From an uncultured bacterium (GTDB lineage: Bacteria; Patescibacteriota; Patescibacteriia; Magasanikbacterales; GWA2-37-8): 64,000 bases of DNA. A program made the position numbers and the translations under genes. The notes below the pieces were generated by a model. That model did not search any database. It was not told where the DNA came from and saw only the letters and a list, made by a program, of their open reading frames with translations. The stretch lies in NCBI GenBank assembly GCA_937903605.1, contig CALCZC010000007.1:124459-188458 (forward strand), written 5' to 3'. This document shows, piece after piece, positions 39,920 through 48,572 of this stretch (position 1 is the first letter of the stretch; each line of letters begins with the position of its first letter).

Positions 39920-40062
39920 CCCCTAAAATATCTTTTTGGCCAATATTAGCTAAAATATAATGTTTTTATCAAAATTTACTCTAATTTTAGGTAAAATATA
40001 ATTTGGATAAAAGTTGGCTAATATTAAATAAAAAACCGCGGACTGAGCCGCGGATTAACTTT

Positions 40063-40425
40063 TTAGCCATGGTGTTTTTCTATTACCTCCTCCAGGGCAT
40101 AGAAATTTTTATGCTTGGAAATAAAATCTTTGACTTTTTCGTCAAATTCTTTTTCCCCGCATTTATCAACTACAACTATCTCGTTTTTTTCATATTCGGA
40201 AAGAATCTTTTCTGCCATTTCCAAGGGTATGGTCTCCCCGCTTTTTAATTTAGGAAGCCCAAGCTGGTTCACGGCAAAAACCGGTTCAAAATTTTCTTTG
40301 ACATTTGAAAGATGAAAACGACCTTCCAAAACTTCAAAGAATTTTTTTCTTCCGGCTTGAAACCTATCTTCTTTCCAAAAACATTCGGTTCCGACCTCAA
40401 AAGTGATAAAAATTACTTTTGTCAT
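40063..40425 (-). CDS. Small cytoplasmic hypothetical protein, paralog A of a three-gene array
   Basis: MTKVIFITFEVGTECFWKEDRFQAGRKKFFEVLEGRF... Own promoter (40471-40499), SD gggggtgacaaATG and a ccgcgg-type hairpin terminator. Confidence 0.55.
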   Translation of the reverse strand: MTKVIFITFEVGTECFWKEDRFQAGRKKFFEVLEGRFHLSNVKENFEPVFAVNQLGLPKLKSGETIPLEMAEKILSEYEKNEIVVVDKCGEKEFDEKVKDFISKHKNFYALEEVIEKHHG

Positions 40426-40470
40426 TTGTCACCCCCTATGAAAAAATTTTTATCAAAAGAACAGACTACT

Positions 40471-40499
40471 AATTTACTCCTTCACAATATTTTTGTCAA
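40471..40499 (-). promoter_or_regulatory. Consensus-like promoter (TTGACA-17-TAAATT) for paralog A
   Basis: Minus strand reads ttgacaaaaatattgtgaaggagtaaatt. Confidence 0.5.
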
Positions 40500-40527
40500 A
40501 AACAAAGCCCCGACAAAATCGCGGGGC

Positions 40528-40917
40528 TTACAGCTCTTCACCTTCCATTTTCCCCTTAAAAATAGATTTCAACAGAAGTGTGGTTCTATTTTCAAAGTAG
40601 AAAATTTCTATTGGGTGATCATCCTCTCTCATGATGTCCGCCATAAAAAGAATTTTCTGGTTTATTTCCAGGGATTCATGAGCTTGGACAACTACACCAA
40701 CAATTTCCGGATTCCTATCTCGGAAATAATCTCCAAGAACCTTGGAAGGCGGAATGTCTGGAGGAAGATCGATGTGTCTGATAACAATTTCAATATCCTC
40801 CTTCACTCCAAACCTGGCTTTTATCCTTTCCAAAAAATACTTGATAAACTCGCGATATCGCGAACTATACCAAGTATTTGTCGGATCGGAAAAGGTAATC
40901 AGAATTAGCCTTCTCAT
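40528..40917 (-). CDS. Small cytoplasmic hypothetical protein, paralog B
   Basis: MRRLILITFSDPTNTWYSSRYREFIKYFLERIKARF... aligns with paralog A across the first ~40 residues. Own promoter, SD aaaggaggataagATG and a hairpin terminator gccccgacaaaatcgcggggc. Confidence 0.55.
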   Translation of the reverse strand: MRRLILITFSDPTNTWYSSRYREFIKYFLERIKARFGVKEDIEIVIRHIDLPPDIPPSKVLGDYFRDRNPEIVGVVVQAHESLEINQKILFMADIMREDDHPIEIFYFENRTTLLLKSIFKGKMEGEEL

Positions 40918-40967
40918 CTTATCCTCCTTTTATTTTTATTATTAATGTACTAATTAAATTACATCAT

Positions 40968-40996
40968 AATATAGCACAAAAAGCCAATTTTGTCAA
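40968..40996 (-). promoter_or_regulatory. Consensus-like promoter (TTGACA-17-TATATT) for paralog B
   Basis: Minus strand reads ttgacaaaattggctttttgtgctatatt. Confidence 0.5.
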
Positions 40997-41097
40997 TCGG
41001 TCTTCGTCCGCCAGATAGCGGACTACGCCCGACAAGTCCTCTAAATAAAAAACCGCGGATTTTAACCGCGGAAGTAAAATCTATTTTGAAATAAACT

Positions 41098-41652
41098 TTA
41101 CATAAACTTTTTTGGCGGACCAATTATCTCTGACGCGCTTTCGCAAATTTTCTGAAACCCTATCTTTGCTTTTGTAATTTCTTTCTCATGTTTAGGAGAA
41201 TTGATCTTTTCTTCTTTTTCAGGAAAAATAACTTCTTCCCCTTCAAAATAACTTTTCCTGATCCCTGTAACTTTTACAAAACCTTTTTCGGTTTTATAAA
41301 GCATGGTGGCGTTTTCAGGAAACCGACTTACCTGTTTCCATATTTCTTCATCAATTTCCTTTTTACCACAAGCCATGATGAAAAAATCATCTGGCTCTTC
41401 TTTTTTGATGTTTTCCTCCAAAAGGGATTCTAAATGAAGATTCGGGTTTTTTATCCTTGCTTCGTCACTTGGAAATAAAGAGCCGATTGTCAGAATCTTT
41501 CTTTCTACATTATGATATTTCATAATACCATCATCACCAAGATTACAAATAAAATTGAACGATGTGCTTTTGACTACAACTTCATAAAATCCTTCGTCTT
41601 CAATGCTTTTCCCTTCAAAATACTCTCTAAAAAAAACAACGATTGCTTTCAT
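41098..41652 (-). CDS. Cytoplasmic hypothetical protein, paralog C (184 aa, longer C-terminal tail)
   Basis: MKAIVVFFREYFEGKSIEDEGFYEVVVK... has an N-terminal M-[KR]-x-[IL]-[IV]-x-[IF]-[TF] strand like A and B. SD aaaaggagaaggaaaATG and terminator ccgcggattttaaccgcgg. Confidence 0.5.
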   Translation of the reverse strand: MKAIVVFFREYFEGKSIEDEGFYEVVVKSTSFNFICNLGDDGIMKYHNVERKILTIGSLFPSDEARIKNPNLHLESLLEENIKKEEPDDFFIMACGKKEIDEEIWKQVSRFPENATMLYKTEKGFVKVTGIRKSYFEGEEVIFPEKEEKINSPKHEKEITKAKIGFQKICESASEIIGPPKKFM

Positions 41653-41786
41653 TTTCCTTCTCCTTTTTATATAAATTGATAAAGATCTACCTTTAAACTA
41701 ACATAAACAATCAAAAAAGTCAATTACCAAAACCCCGCCAAAAGCAGGGTTTTAATCTTTTAAATTTCTTGAATCTCTTAAATCTA

Positions 41787-43160
41787 TTAAATTATTTCTC
41801 CCTTGAGTATCCACTTCTCCGCAAAATTTATTTTCACTTTTACCAACTTCCCAATCATTTTTTTATTTCCCAAAAATTGCACCATTTTCATTTCGTTTGA
41901 ATTTCCTGTACAAATCTCCCTCTCCACCCCATCCTCCTCTCGGGCAGAGGAGGGAGACTGACAATCATCCACCAATACTTCTACAGTTTGTCCTAAATAT
42001 TTTTGATTTTTACGCAAAACTATTTCTTCCATCAAATCCTGCAATATACGCCAACGACGTTTTTTTTCTTCCATTAAAACATCGTCTTTGTAAATTTTCG
42101 CCGCTACCGTCCCACTGCGCTGACTGTACATAGCAAGATACGCAATATCAAAATCACATTGTTTATACAAATCAACCGTTTGTTCAAATTGTTTTTTAGT
42201 TTCCGAGCAAAAACCAACAATAATATCCGTACCAATGGCAATCTCGGGTTTTTGCGCGCGAATTTTTTTGATTAATTTTATAAATTGTTCGCGCGTATAT
42301 TTGCGATTCATTTTCTTGAGTATTTCATTATCCCCCGCTTGCACCGGTAAATGAATATAATTGACCATTTTGGGCAAACTCAACGCTTTAACTTGATAAT
42401 CATCAAAATGTTGAGGGTCGGGTGCGGTATAAAATACACGAAAATCGCCCGGCAATTTATTTATTTCCCAAAGTAAGGCGGCAAAATCGTTTTTTTGAAT
42501 TGCTGGATAAAAAAGATTTTTCTTATTATAATTTTCCGGATCTGGCGCGCGATAATTATTGACTACTTGCCCAAGTAAGGTGATTTCTTTGGCGCCTTTT
42601 TTCACCGCTTTTTTTATTTCTTGCAAAACATCTTTCACTGGTCTGTTTTTTTCTCTACCCCGAGCATAAGGCACTACGCAATATGAACAAAAATTATTGC
42701 AACCGATTTGAATAGTGACAAAAGCTTTATAATCATGTTCACGCTTAGGATCTATATTCCAATATTGTCCAACATCTTCAAATTTCAGTTTAAACCAATC
42801 AGGTCGAAGTTCTCGCAACCATATCGATAACTTTGGAAGATCAATAATCGGAAAAAATAGATCCGCACTGGGAATTTTTTTTCGCAATCGTCCATCCGTA
42901 TCTCGTCCAGGCATGCAACCGGTCACAGCAAAAATCAAATTTGGTTTTTGTTTTTTTAATTTTAAAATTTTTCTGTTTATTCCGCTGGTTCTGTCTTCGG
43001 CCATTTGACGCACACTGCAGGTGTTTACCAGCACCAAATCCGCCTTTTCCAATACCGGCGTTTCTTTCATACCAAGAGACACTAAAAGCGCCCCGGCGCG
43101 CTCTGAGTCGTTTTTATTCATCTGACAGCCAAAAGTGATAAGGTGATAGTATTTAGGCAT
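41787..43160 (-). CDS. Radical-SAM methylthiotransferase (MiaB/RimO family) with a GC-rich palindromic insertion in the C-terminal TRAM region
   Basis: MTTase N-domain ...HLITFGCQMNKNDSERAGALL...VNTCSVRQMAEDR, and the radical SAM motif CNNFCSYCVVP. The palindrome ctccctc...gagggag (41897-41960) encodes ...SPSSAREEDGVEREICTGN... Confidence 0.8.
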   Translation of the reverse strand: MPKYYHLITFGCQMNKNDSERAGALLVSLGMKETPVLEKADLVLVNTCSVRQMAEDRTSGINRKILKLKKQKPNLIFAVTGCMPGRDTDGRLRKKIPSADLFFPIIDLPKLSIWLRELRPDWFKLKFEDVGQYWNIDPKREHDYKAFVTIQIGCNNFCSYCVVPYARGREKNRPVKDVLQEIKKAVKKGAKEITLLGQVVNNYRAPDPENYNKKNLFYPAIQKNDFAALLWEINKLPGDFRVFYTAPDPQHFDDYQVKALSLPKMVNYIHLPVQAGDNEILKKMNRKYTREQFIKLIKKIRAQKPEIAIGTDIIVGFCSETKKQFEQTVDLYKQCDFDIAYLAMYSQRSGTVAAKIYKDDVLMEEKKRRWRILQDLMEEIVLRKNQKYLGQTVEVLVDDCQSPSSAREEDGVEREICTGNSNEMKMVQFLGNKKMIGKLVKVKINFAEKWILKGEII

Positions 43161-43278
43161 AATCTAGGGCATTTTAACGGTTTTTTGACGTTTTGGCAAC
43201 TACCAATGAAATTGACATAACTTTCAATAAACACTAGGATATAATTAGTACATTATACATAAATAAAAGGAGAATGAA

Positions 43279-43506
43279 ATGAAAACACAAAAGCTGAACT
43301 TCTCTTTTAACAAGAAGGACAAGCAGGAGTCTTATTGCAAAAAATGCGGGATGCACACTACTCACCACACTGGACTGGCGTGGAATCATGATGCCGGTTT
43401 GTATCTGAGCGTTTTCCGCTGTGAAAAATGCAAAAAAACTCTTAAGAAAAAGATTGATTATGAATCTTTCAAAGAAGCAAAGACTCTCGCTGAGCTTCCT
43501 TCCTAA
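43279..43506 (+). CDS. Small zinc-ribbon protein (75 aa)
   Basis: Strong SD aaaaggagaatgaaATG. CKKCGMHTTHHTGLAWNHDAGLYLSVFRCEKCKKT. Terminator at 43504-43529. Confidence 0.6.
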   Translation: MKTQKLNFSFNKKDKQESYCKKCGMHTTHHTGLAWNHDAGLYLSVFRCEKCKKTLKKKIDYESFKEAKTLAELPS

Positions 43507-43545
43507 CCGCCCTCTGTGGGCGGTTTTTTAATATATTAGATATTC

Positions 43546-43574
43546 TTGACAATTTTATTTTTTTATTGTATAAT
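43546..43574 (+). promoter_or_regulatory. Consensus sigma70 promoter (TTGACA-17-TATAAT) for the second zinc-ribbon gene
   Basis: ttgacaattttatttttttattgtataat. Confidence 0.6.
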
Positions 43575-43617
43575 CTTCCTGGTCCTTTTTTATAAAATAT
43601 TTTTCCGGGAGGAAAAA

Positions 43618-43857
43618 ATGCACAACAACAATGAATATCGTTATCCACCGTCTGCTTCTTATCAAAGTCTCGGGGTAATAAAAAAATTCTGCAAAGGCCG
43701 TTGCCAGATGGAAACAGATCATTTTGAAGGTGTTTCTTGGAACAAGGGTGTTAGCGAAAGAAAGATAACCTGTGTTGTCTGTCAACGCATAGAAACAGAG
43801 AATATATCTTGGGAAAAGTGCATACAGTTGGCTCCCAGAGCCGCTTTGGACACATAA
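43618..43857 (+). CDS. Small zinc-ribbon protein (79 aa), a paralog of the 43279 gene
   Basis: SD gggaggaaaaaATG. CKGRCQMETDHFEGVSWNKGVSERKITCVVCQRIE has the same C..C-x-[ME]T-x-H-x-G-[LV]-[AS]-WN...C-x2-C pattern. The ORF-track start at 43546 lies inside the promoter, so the start is reset to 43618. Confidence 0.6.
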   Translation: MHNNNEYRYPPSASYQSLGVIKKFCKGRCQMETDHFEGVSWNKGVSERKITCVVCQRIETENISWEKCIQLAPRAALDT

Positions 43858-43917
43858 ACCAAGTTCTTTTTATTTTAGTCCGCCCTTTTTAGGGCGGATT
43901 TTTTAATTCCCCCAAAC

Positions 43918-43945
43918 CTTGACATTTGAAATAAAAGAAGTAAAA
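43918..43945 (+). promoter_or_regulatory. Consensus sigma70 promoter (TTGACA-16-TAAAAT)
   Basis: ttgacatttgaaataaaagaagtaaaat. Confidence 0.55.
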
Positions 43946-43987
43946 TTCATGTGTTCTTTAAAAACAACTTCCTTAATGGAGCCGTGA

Positions 43988-44434
43988 ATGCCGAAAGAAA
44001 AACAAACAAAGCTTTTCGATCAGGAAAAAGCTCGCCAAGAAAGAGAAAAAGAAACGCTTTTGTTGGAACTTTCCAAAAAGAATCCCGACCTAATGCTGTT
44101 AAAAAAAGCCAACACCTATCTCTTTGGTCTTTTATCTGAAACAGAAAAAGAAAAAATCTGGAAAATCATCAAAGATGATATTGAATGTTTGCTTCATCTT
44201 ATTCGCCCAGAGTCTAACCGTGGCGATGTTTTTCCGGAAAAAGCCTTTTGTTTCGATACGCTCAATGTTATTTTTACCAACGGAGACTCAAACATTGTTG
44301 AATTTTTTATCCGCTCGCAATTTTACCGGAGAGGCATGCAAAACTTCTTGCTTTCTCTGAAGAAAAACCCCCGTCTCATCACGGAAAAAATAGGTAAAAA
44401 GACCTATCAAAAATTTCTGAAAGAAATCAAATAA
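43988..44434 (+). CDS. Hypothetical helical protein (148 aa)
   Basis: An intact ORF lies between the promoter and the convergent terminator before thrS. Confidence 0.5.
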   Translation: MPKEKQTKLFDQEKARQEREKETLLLELSKKNPDLMLLKKANTYLFGLLSETEKEKIWKIIKDDIECLLHLIRPESNRGDVFPEKAFCFDTLNVIFTNGDSNIVEFFIRSQFYRRGMQNFLLSLKKNPRLITEKIGKKTYQKFLKEIK

Positions 44435-44483
44435 AGGAAGGTGCTTACAAAACCGCCCCGACTATATGTCGAGGCGTTTTTTA

Positions 44484-46319
44484 TTAAACTCTATCTTTTA
44501 TTTCTCCCAAAATCTTTTCAACAAATTTTTCTTTACTCATTTTTTCTTGTTTTTCCACTCCCCTTATTCTGATCATCCATTCTTCACCACTCAATTCTTT
44601 ATCACCTACCGCGACGATATAAGGTACTTTTTGTTTTACAGCTTTGCGAACTTTGTTACCAAGTGTTTCATCCGCTTCATCGCTTTCCACTCGTAAACCA
44701 AGATCAATCAACTCGGTTCTGATTTTTCTCGCGCCTTCTACATGTTTTTCACTCACCGGTACGAGCATAATTTGTGTCGGTGCCAACCAAACTGGAAAAG
44801 CTCCGGCATAATGTTCTATGAGCAAGCCGATAAATCTTTCAAACGAACCAAATAACGCGCGATGTAACATATAAGGACGTTCTTGTTCGCCTTTATTATT
44901 GACGAAATTCATATCAAAGCGTTCCGGAATATTAAAATCAAACTGCAAAGTAGAGCATTGCCATAAACGGCCCAAACAATCTTTAATTTTGAAATCCAAT
45001 TTCGGACCGTAAAAAGCGGCTTCACCAAGTTCTTCGGTAAAGTTTAATTTCTTTTCTTTGGCAACTTTACGCAAAACACTTTCCGTCAATTCCCAACCCT
45101 CGTCGCTACCAACATATTTTTCTTTATCATTTGGATCACGCAAAGATAAGAATACTTGTACATCATCAATGTTGAAACCAAACGATTTATAAATAAACAA
45201 AATAAAATCTATCACTCTTTTGAGCTCTTCTTCTACTTGTTCTTTGGAACAAATAATATGCGCATCATCTTGAGTAAAACCGCGCACGCGAGTCAAACCC
45301 GATAACTGACCTTTTTTCTCATGACGATAAACTGTGCCACATTCCGCCCAACGCAGAGGAAGTTCGCGATAAGAATATGGACGATTTTTGAAAATCTGCA
45401 CATGAAACGGACAGTTCATGGGTTTGAGCAAATAAGTTTCATGCTCTTTGGCTTCTTGATTGTTTTGACTTTCTTTGAGTGTTTGCCCGACCTCCAGTGG
45501 CGGATACATACTATCATTATAAAATCCCCAATGTCCGCTAGTTTCCCAAAGCGCTTTGTTACCAATGTGCGGAGTACGCACTAATTCATAACCTCCAAGC
45601 AAATGATGCTTGTACCAAAATTCTTCAATCACTCGCCAGACTATCGCGCCCTTGGGATGCCACAGGGGCAAACCCAAACCAACCATCTCATCAATATGAA
45701 ATAGATCCAACTCCTTGCCCAGTTTGCGATGATCGCGTTTTTCCGCTTCTTCCAATAAAAATAGATAATCATCCAACTCCTTTTGTTTGGCAAAACAAAC
45801 GCCATAAACTCTGGTCAACTGCGGATTTTCGCTTTTACCGCGCCAATAAGCACCAGCCAGTTTAGTTAACTTGAAAACACCGATATCTTTGGTGGATTCC
45901 AAATGAGGACCGCGACAAAGGTCTATAAAATTACCGGTTTGATAGATAGTGACTTTATCTATATTTCCGCCAATCTCGACCAATTCTTCATCATTAACTT
46001 TGGTCGTGCCTTTTGTTTTCAAATCATTTAACAGCTCTACTTTGTAATCTTGGCCCATTTGTGCAAACTGTTCCATAGCTTTGTCAATGGTCACCTCTTG
46101 ACGGGAAAATGGCAAATCTTGTTTTTGCAATTCTTTGGCTTTATACTCTATTTTTTGTAAATCATCTTCTGTTACCGGCACACCAAAATCAATATCATAA
46201 TAAAACCCGTTTTCAACAGTCGGACCTACACCAAATTTAGCTTTAGGATAAAGCTCGGCTACGGCTGCAGCCACCAAATGCGCACAACTATGACGCATAA
46301 TTGAAATATCTAATTTCAT
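44484..46319 (-). CDS. thrS: Threonyl-tRNA synthetase (no N-terminal TGS domain)
   Basis: It starts in the second additional domain (MRHSCAHLVAAAVAELYP), then has the class II catalytic core and a C-terminal anticodon-binding domain. 611 aa. Confidence 0.9.
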   Translation of the reverse strand: MKLDISIMRHSCAHLVAAAVAELYPKAKFGVGPTVENGFYYDIDFGVPVTEDDLQKIEYKAKELQKQDLPFSRQEVTIDKAMEQFAQMGQDYKVELLNDLKTKGTTKVNDEELVEIGGNIDKVTIYQTGNFIDLCRGPHLESTKDIGVFKLTKLAGAYWRGKSENPQLTRVYGVCFAKQKELDDYLFLLEEAEKRDHRKLGKELDLFHIDEMVGLGLPLWHPKGAIVWRVIEEFWYKHHLLGGYELVRTPHIGNKALWETSGHWGFYNDSMYPPLEVGQTLKESQNNQEAKEHETYLLKPMNCPFHVQIFKNRPYSYRELPLRWAECGTVYRHEKKGQLSGLTRVRGFTQDDAHIICSKEQVEEELKRVIDFILFIYKSFGFNIDDVQVFLSLRDPNDKEKYVGSDEGWELTESVLRKVAKEKKLNFTEELGEAAFYGPKLDFKIKDCLGRLWQCSTLQFDFNIPERFDMNFVNNKGEQERPYMLHRALFGSFERFIGLLIEHYAGAFPVWLAPTQIMLVPVSEKHVEGARKIRTELIDLGLRVESDEADETLGNKVRKAVKQKVPYIVAVGDKELSGEEWMIRIRGVEKQEKMSKEKFVEKILGEIKDRV

Positions 46320-46695
46320 ATGTGAATATTATTTAATTTATACTAATATACGAATTGTACTAATTATACGAATGGAATACGAATATATTCGTATTGAGTA
46401 TTAGTATAGCATTAGTATCATTCGTACCATTAGTATATTGGTATGTTTTAAAATAAAAAACCGATACCTCAAAAACAAAGATATCGGGGTCCTTAAAAAT
46501 TTAGGACGGTTCCACCCGTATTTTTCACTTTTTATAAATTGTCATTTCTCCAAAGAGTGGTACCATAACGTCAATGCGTCTGGGCTGGTTCTTTTGACTA
46601 GCAATCAAAATTATAACAATTCCCCAAAAAAAGTCAACCACAAAACAAAAAGTAATAAAAAAACCGCCTTGTTTAAGGGCGGCTATAAAAACATT

Positions 46696-47324
46696 TCAGA
46701 GAAGCTCTTCTTCGACAAATCCCCGAAGAACAGCGGCGGCGTTGTAGTGATGGTGTTTTTCGTAATCGGTCACAAAAGATTCAAAACAGCCTTTGAACCC
46801 CTTGAGATCCACACCGAACTTTTCCGCCAGCATTTTGAAATTACACAAAGTTCTCTTGGTGCTTTCGGAAGATCTGGTAACTTCTTCACGAAAACGTTCT
46901 GTATATTTGACCATCAATTCAAAAGCTTCCGGAGAACCCGGCTTGATTTCCAAGTTGCGTAAAAGACCAAGCAAGTCCTCAAGAGCAATCTCATCGCAGA
47001 AATTCTGTTGAACCAGGGCGTTTAAAACCGCCTTGTTGACCGAGAAATCGTCAAACTCTTTTTTGAAAAAAGCCGGAGAAGTTCATTGGCCTTGGACAGA
47101 TCGTTTTCCGGTTCCAGTAAAATAATACATTCCAGGGACCAGGAAAGAAACTCTTTTTCTTCTGCCGGAGTAAACCGGTAATGCTTGTCCAGATAAGCCT
47201 TTATGTTTTCTCTTTTAAAAAAAGGAAAGACATTGAGGCTCGGAAGAGAGTTCGGATCATGCTTTTCAAACAGTTGCCGCGCGCCAAAATAAAGCGCGAT
47301 TTGGGAAGTCATTCTTTGTTCCAT
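46696..47324 (-). pseudogene. Hypothetical gene split by a +1/-2 frameshift in the homopolymer cttttttcaaaaaag (about 47058-47070). The two track ORFs (47022-47324 and 46696-46974) are one reading frame if a single base is added or removed.
   Basis: The upstream ORF ends ...KANELLRLFSKKSLTISRSTRRF*. In the shifted frame it continues ...LFFKKEFDDFSVNKAVLNALVQQNFCDEIALEDLLGLLRNLEIKPG..., which is the downstream ORF. The plus-strand ORF 46438-46962 across it is spurious. Confidence 0.6.
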
Positions 47325-47395
47325 TTTTTCCTCCGAAAAAACGTTAATAAATCATCTAATATTTAAAGAACCTTATCTTTGAAAAAAGACATTTT

Positions 47396-47424
47396 ATTTT
47401 AGCCAAAAAAATACTTTTTGTCAA
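47396..47424 (-). promoter_or_regulatory. Consensus sigma70 promoter (TTGACA-17-TAAAAT) for the frameshifted gene
   Basis: Minus strand reads ttgacaaaaagtatttttttggctaaaat. Confidence 0.55.
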
Positions 47425-47604
47425 CACAAACCCCATGTTGATAATTTAACCACAAAAATTTCCCCATTTTAGCCAAAATATGCTATAATAATATAGTCTA
47501 ATTCCGATAGGATTTTTTTGGGAAAATTGTTTAGGTTATTTATTTTATTATTTACTAACTTATAAGCTCGTTGGCTTATTTACTTTAAAAATTTTTACTT
47601 TAAT

Positions 47605-48570
47605 ATGTATTCCCCTTCTTATCGCGAAGCTTTAAAAAATTCTTTTATTTTAATTTGGAAAAATAAATCTTTTTGGATTTTCGGTATTCTTGCCGCTCTT
47701 TTTGTCAGCCCTTTTGGCATGGGCGGTTTTTTTGGTCAAATAATTTTAACCGGTAGTGAAACTTTACCGTTGAGCTATTTTCCTTGGGGCGGTTTTTTCA
47801 AATTTTTAGCCAATAGCGATCCGACAAATTTTGTTTCTGCGGTTTGGTTGCTCGAAATTATTTTGGCGATCTTTATAATTGTAGTTTTTGTTTCTGTTTG
47901 CGCGCAAACTTCTTTGATTATCAACACTTGTGAATATTATAAAAAGAAAACACACTCCAAGCTGTCCGATACTTGGCACAAAAGTTACAAATATTTTTGG
48001 AAAATACTTGGTTTTGATTTAATCCGCAAAATAACCTTGGTTTTATTAATAGCTTTTAGCTCCGCCCTTTGGTTTATAGCAACTAACAACGATTTTTGGA
48101 CAAAATTATTTTTAATTTTATCTTTTATAATCGTTATTTTTTTAATGTTAGTGATTTCCGCTATAACTATTTATGCTTCCGGATACGCGGTTATTGATAA
48201 TGAAAATTTTTGGGCTAGCTTCAAAAAAGGCGCTCTACTGTTCAAAGATCATTTTTTGGTTTCTTTTGAAATAAGCTTGATAATGTTGGTGTTGGATTTG
48301 ATACTGGCTTCTTTTATTTCTACCGCGATTGTTTTGTCTTTTATTCCAGCAACTCTGTTATGGTTTTTGGCCGGATTGGCTAATAGCTTATTTTTATTAA
48401 ATTTGGCACTTGTTTTAAGCCTTTTGATTATAACTTTCCTGATAATTATTATCGGCGGTTTTTATAATGCTTTCAATACCGGGACTTGGATGTATTTATT
48501 CATGAAAATGCATCACAAAGGCATCTTTTCCCGAATTGGCCATCTTTTTATTAAACTTTTTCAAAAATAA
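47605..48570 (+). CDS. Polytopic integral membrane protein (~8 TM), hypothetical
   Basis: 321 aa, almost entirely hydrophobic. It ends 3 bp before the PilB-like gene. Confidence 0.6.
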   Translation: MYSPSYREALKNSFILIWKNKSFWIFGILAALFVSPFGMGGFFGQIILTGSETLPLSYFPWGGFFKFLANSDPTNFVSAVWLLEIILAIFIIVVFVSVCAQTSLIINTCEYYKKKTHSKLSDTWHKSYKYFWKILGFDLIRKITLVLLIAFSSALWFIATNNDFWTKLFLILSFIIVIFLMLVISAITIYASGYAVIDNENFWASFKKGALLFKDHFLVSFEISLIMLVLDLILASFISTAIVLSFIPATLLWFLAGLANSLFLLNLALVLSLLIITFLIIIIGGFYNAFNTGTWMYLFMKMHHKGIFSRIGHLFIKLFQK

Positions 48571-48572
48571 TT

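Noticed and set aside
46438-46962. 174-aa plus-strand ORF
   Set aside because: It is antisense to the frameshifted minus-strand gene, which has its own promoter, and it has a low-complexity composition.
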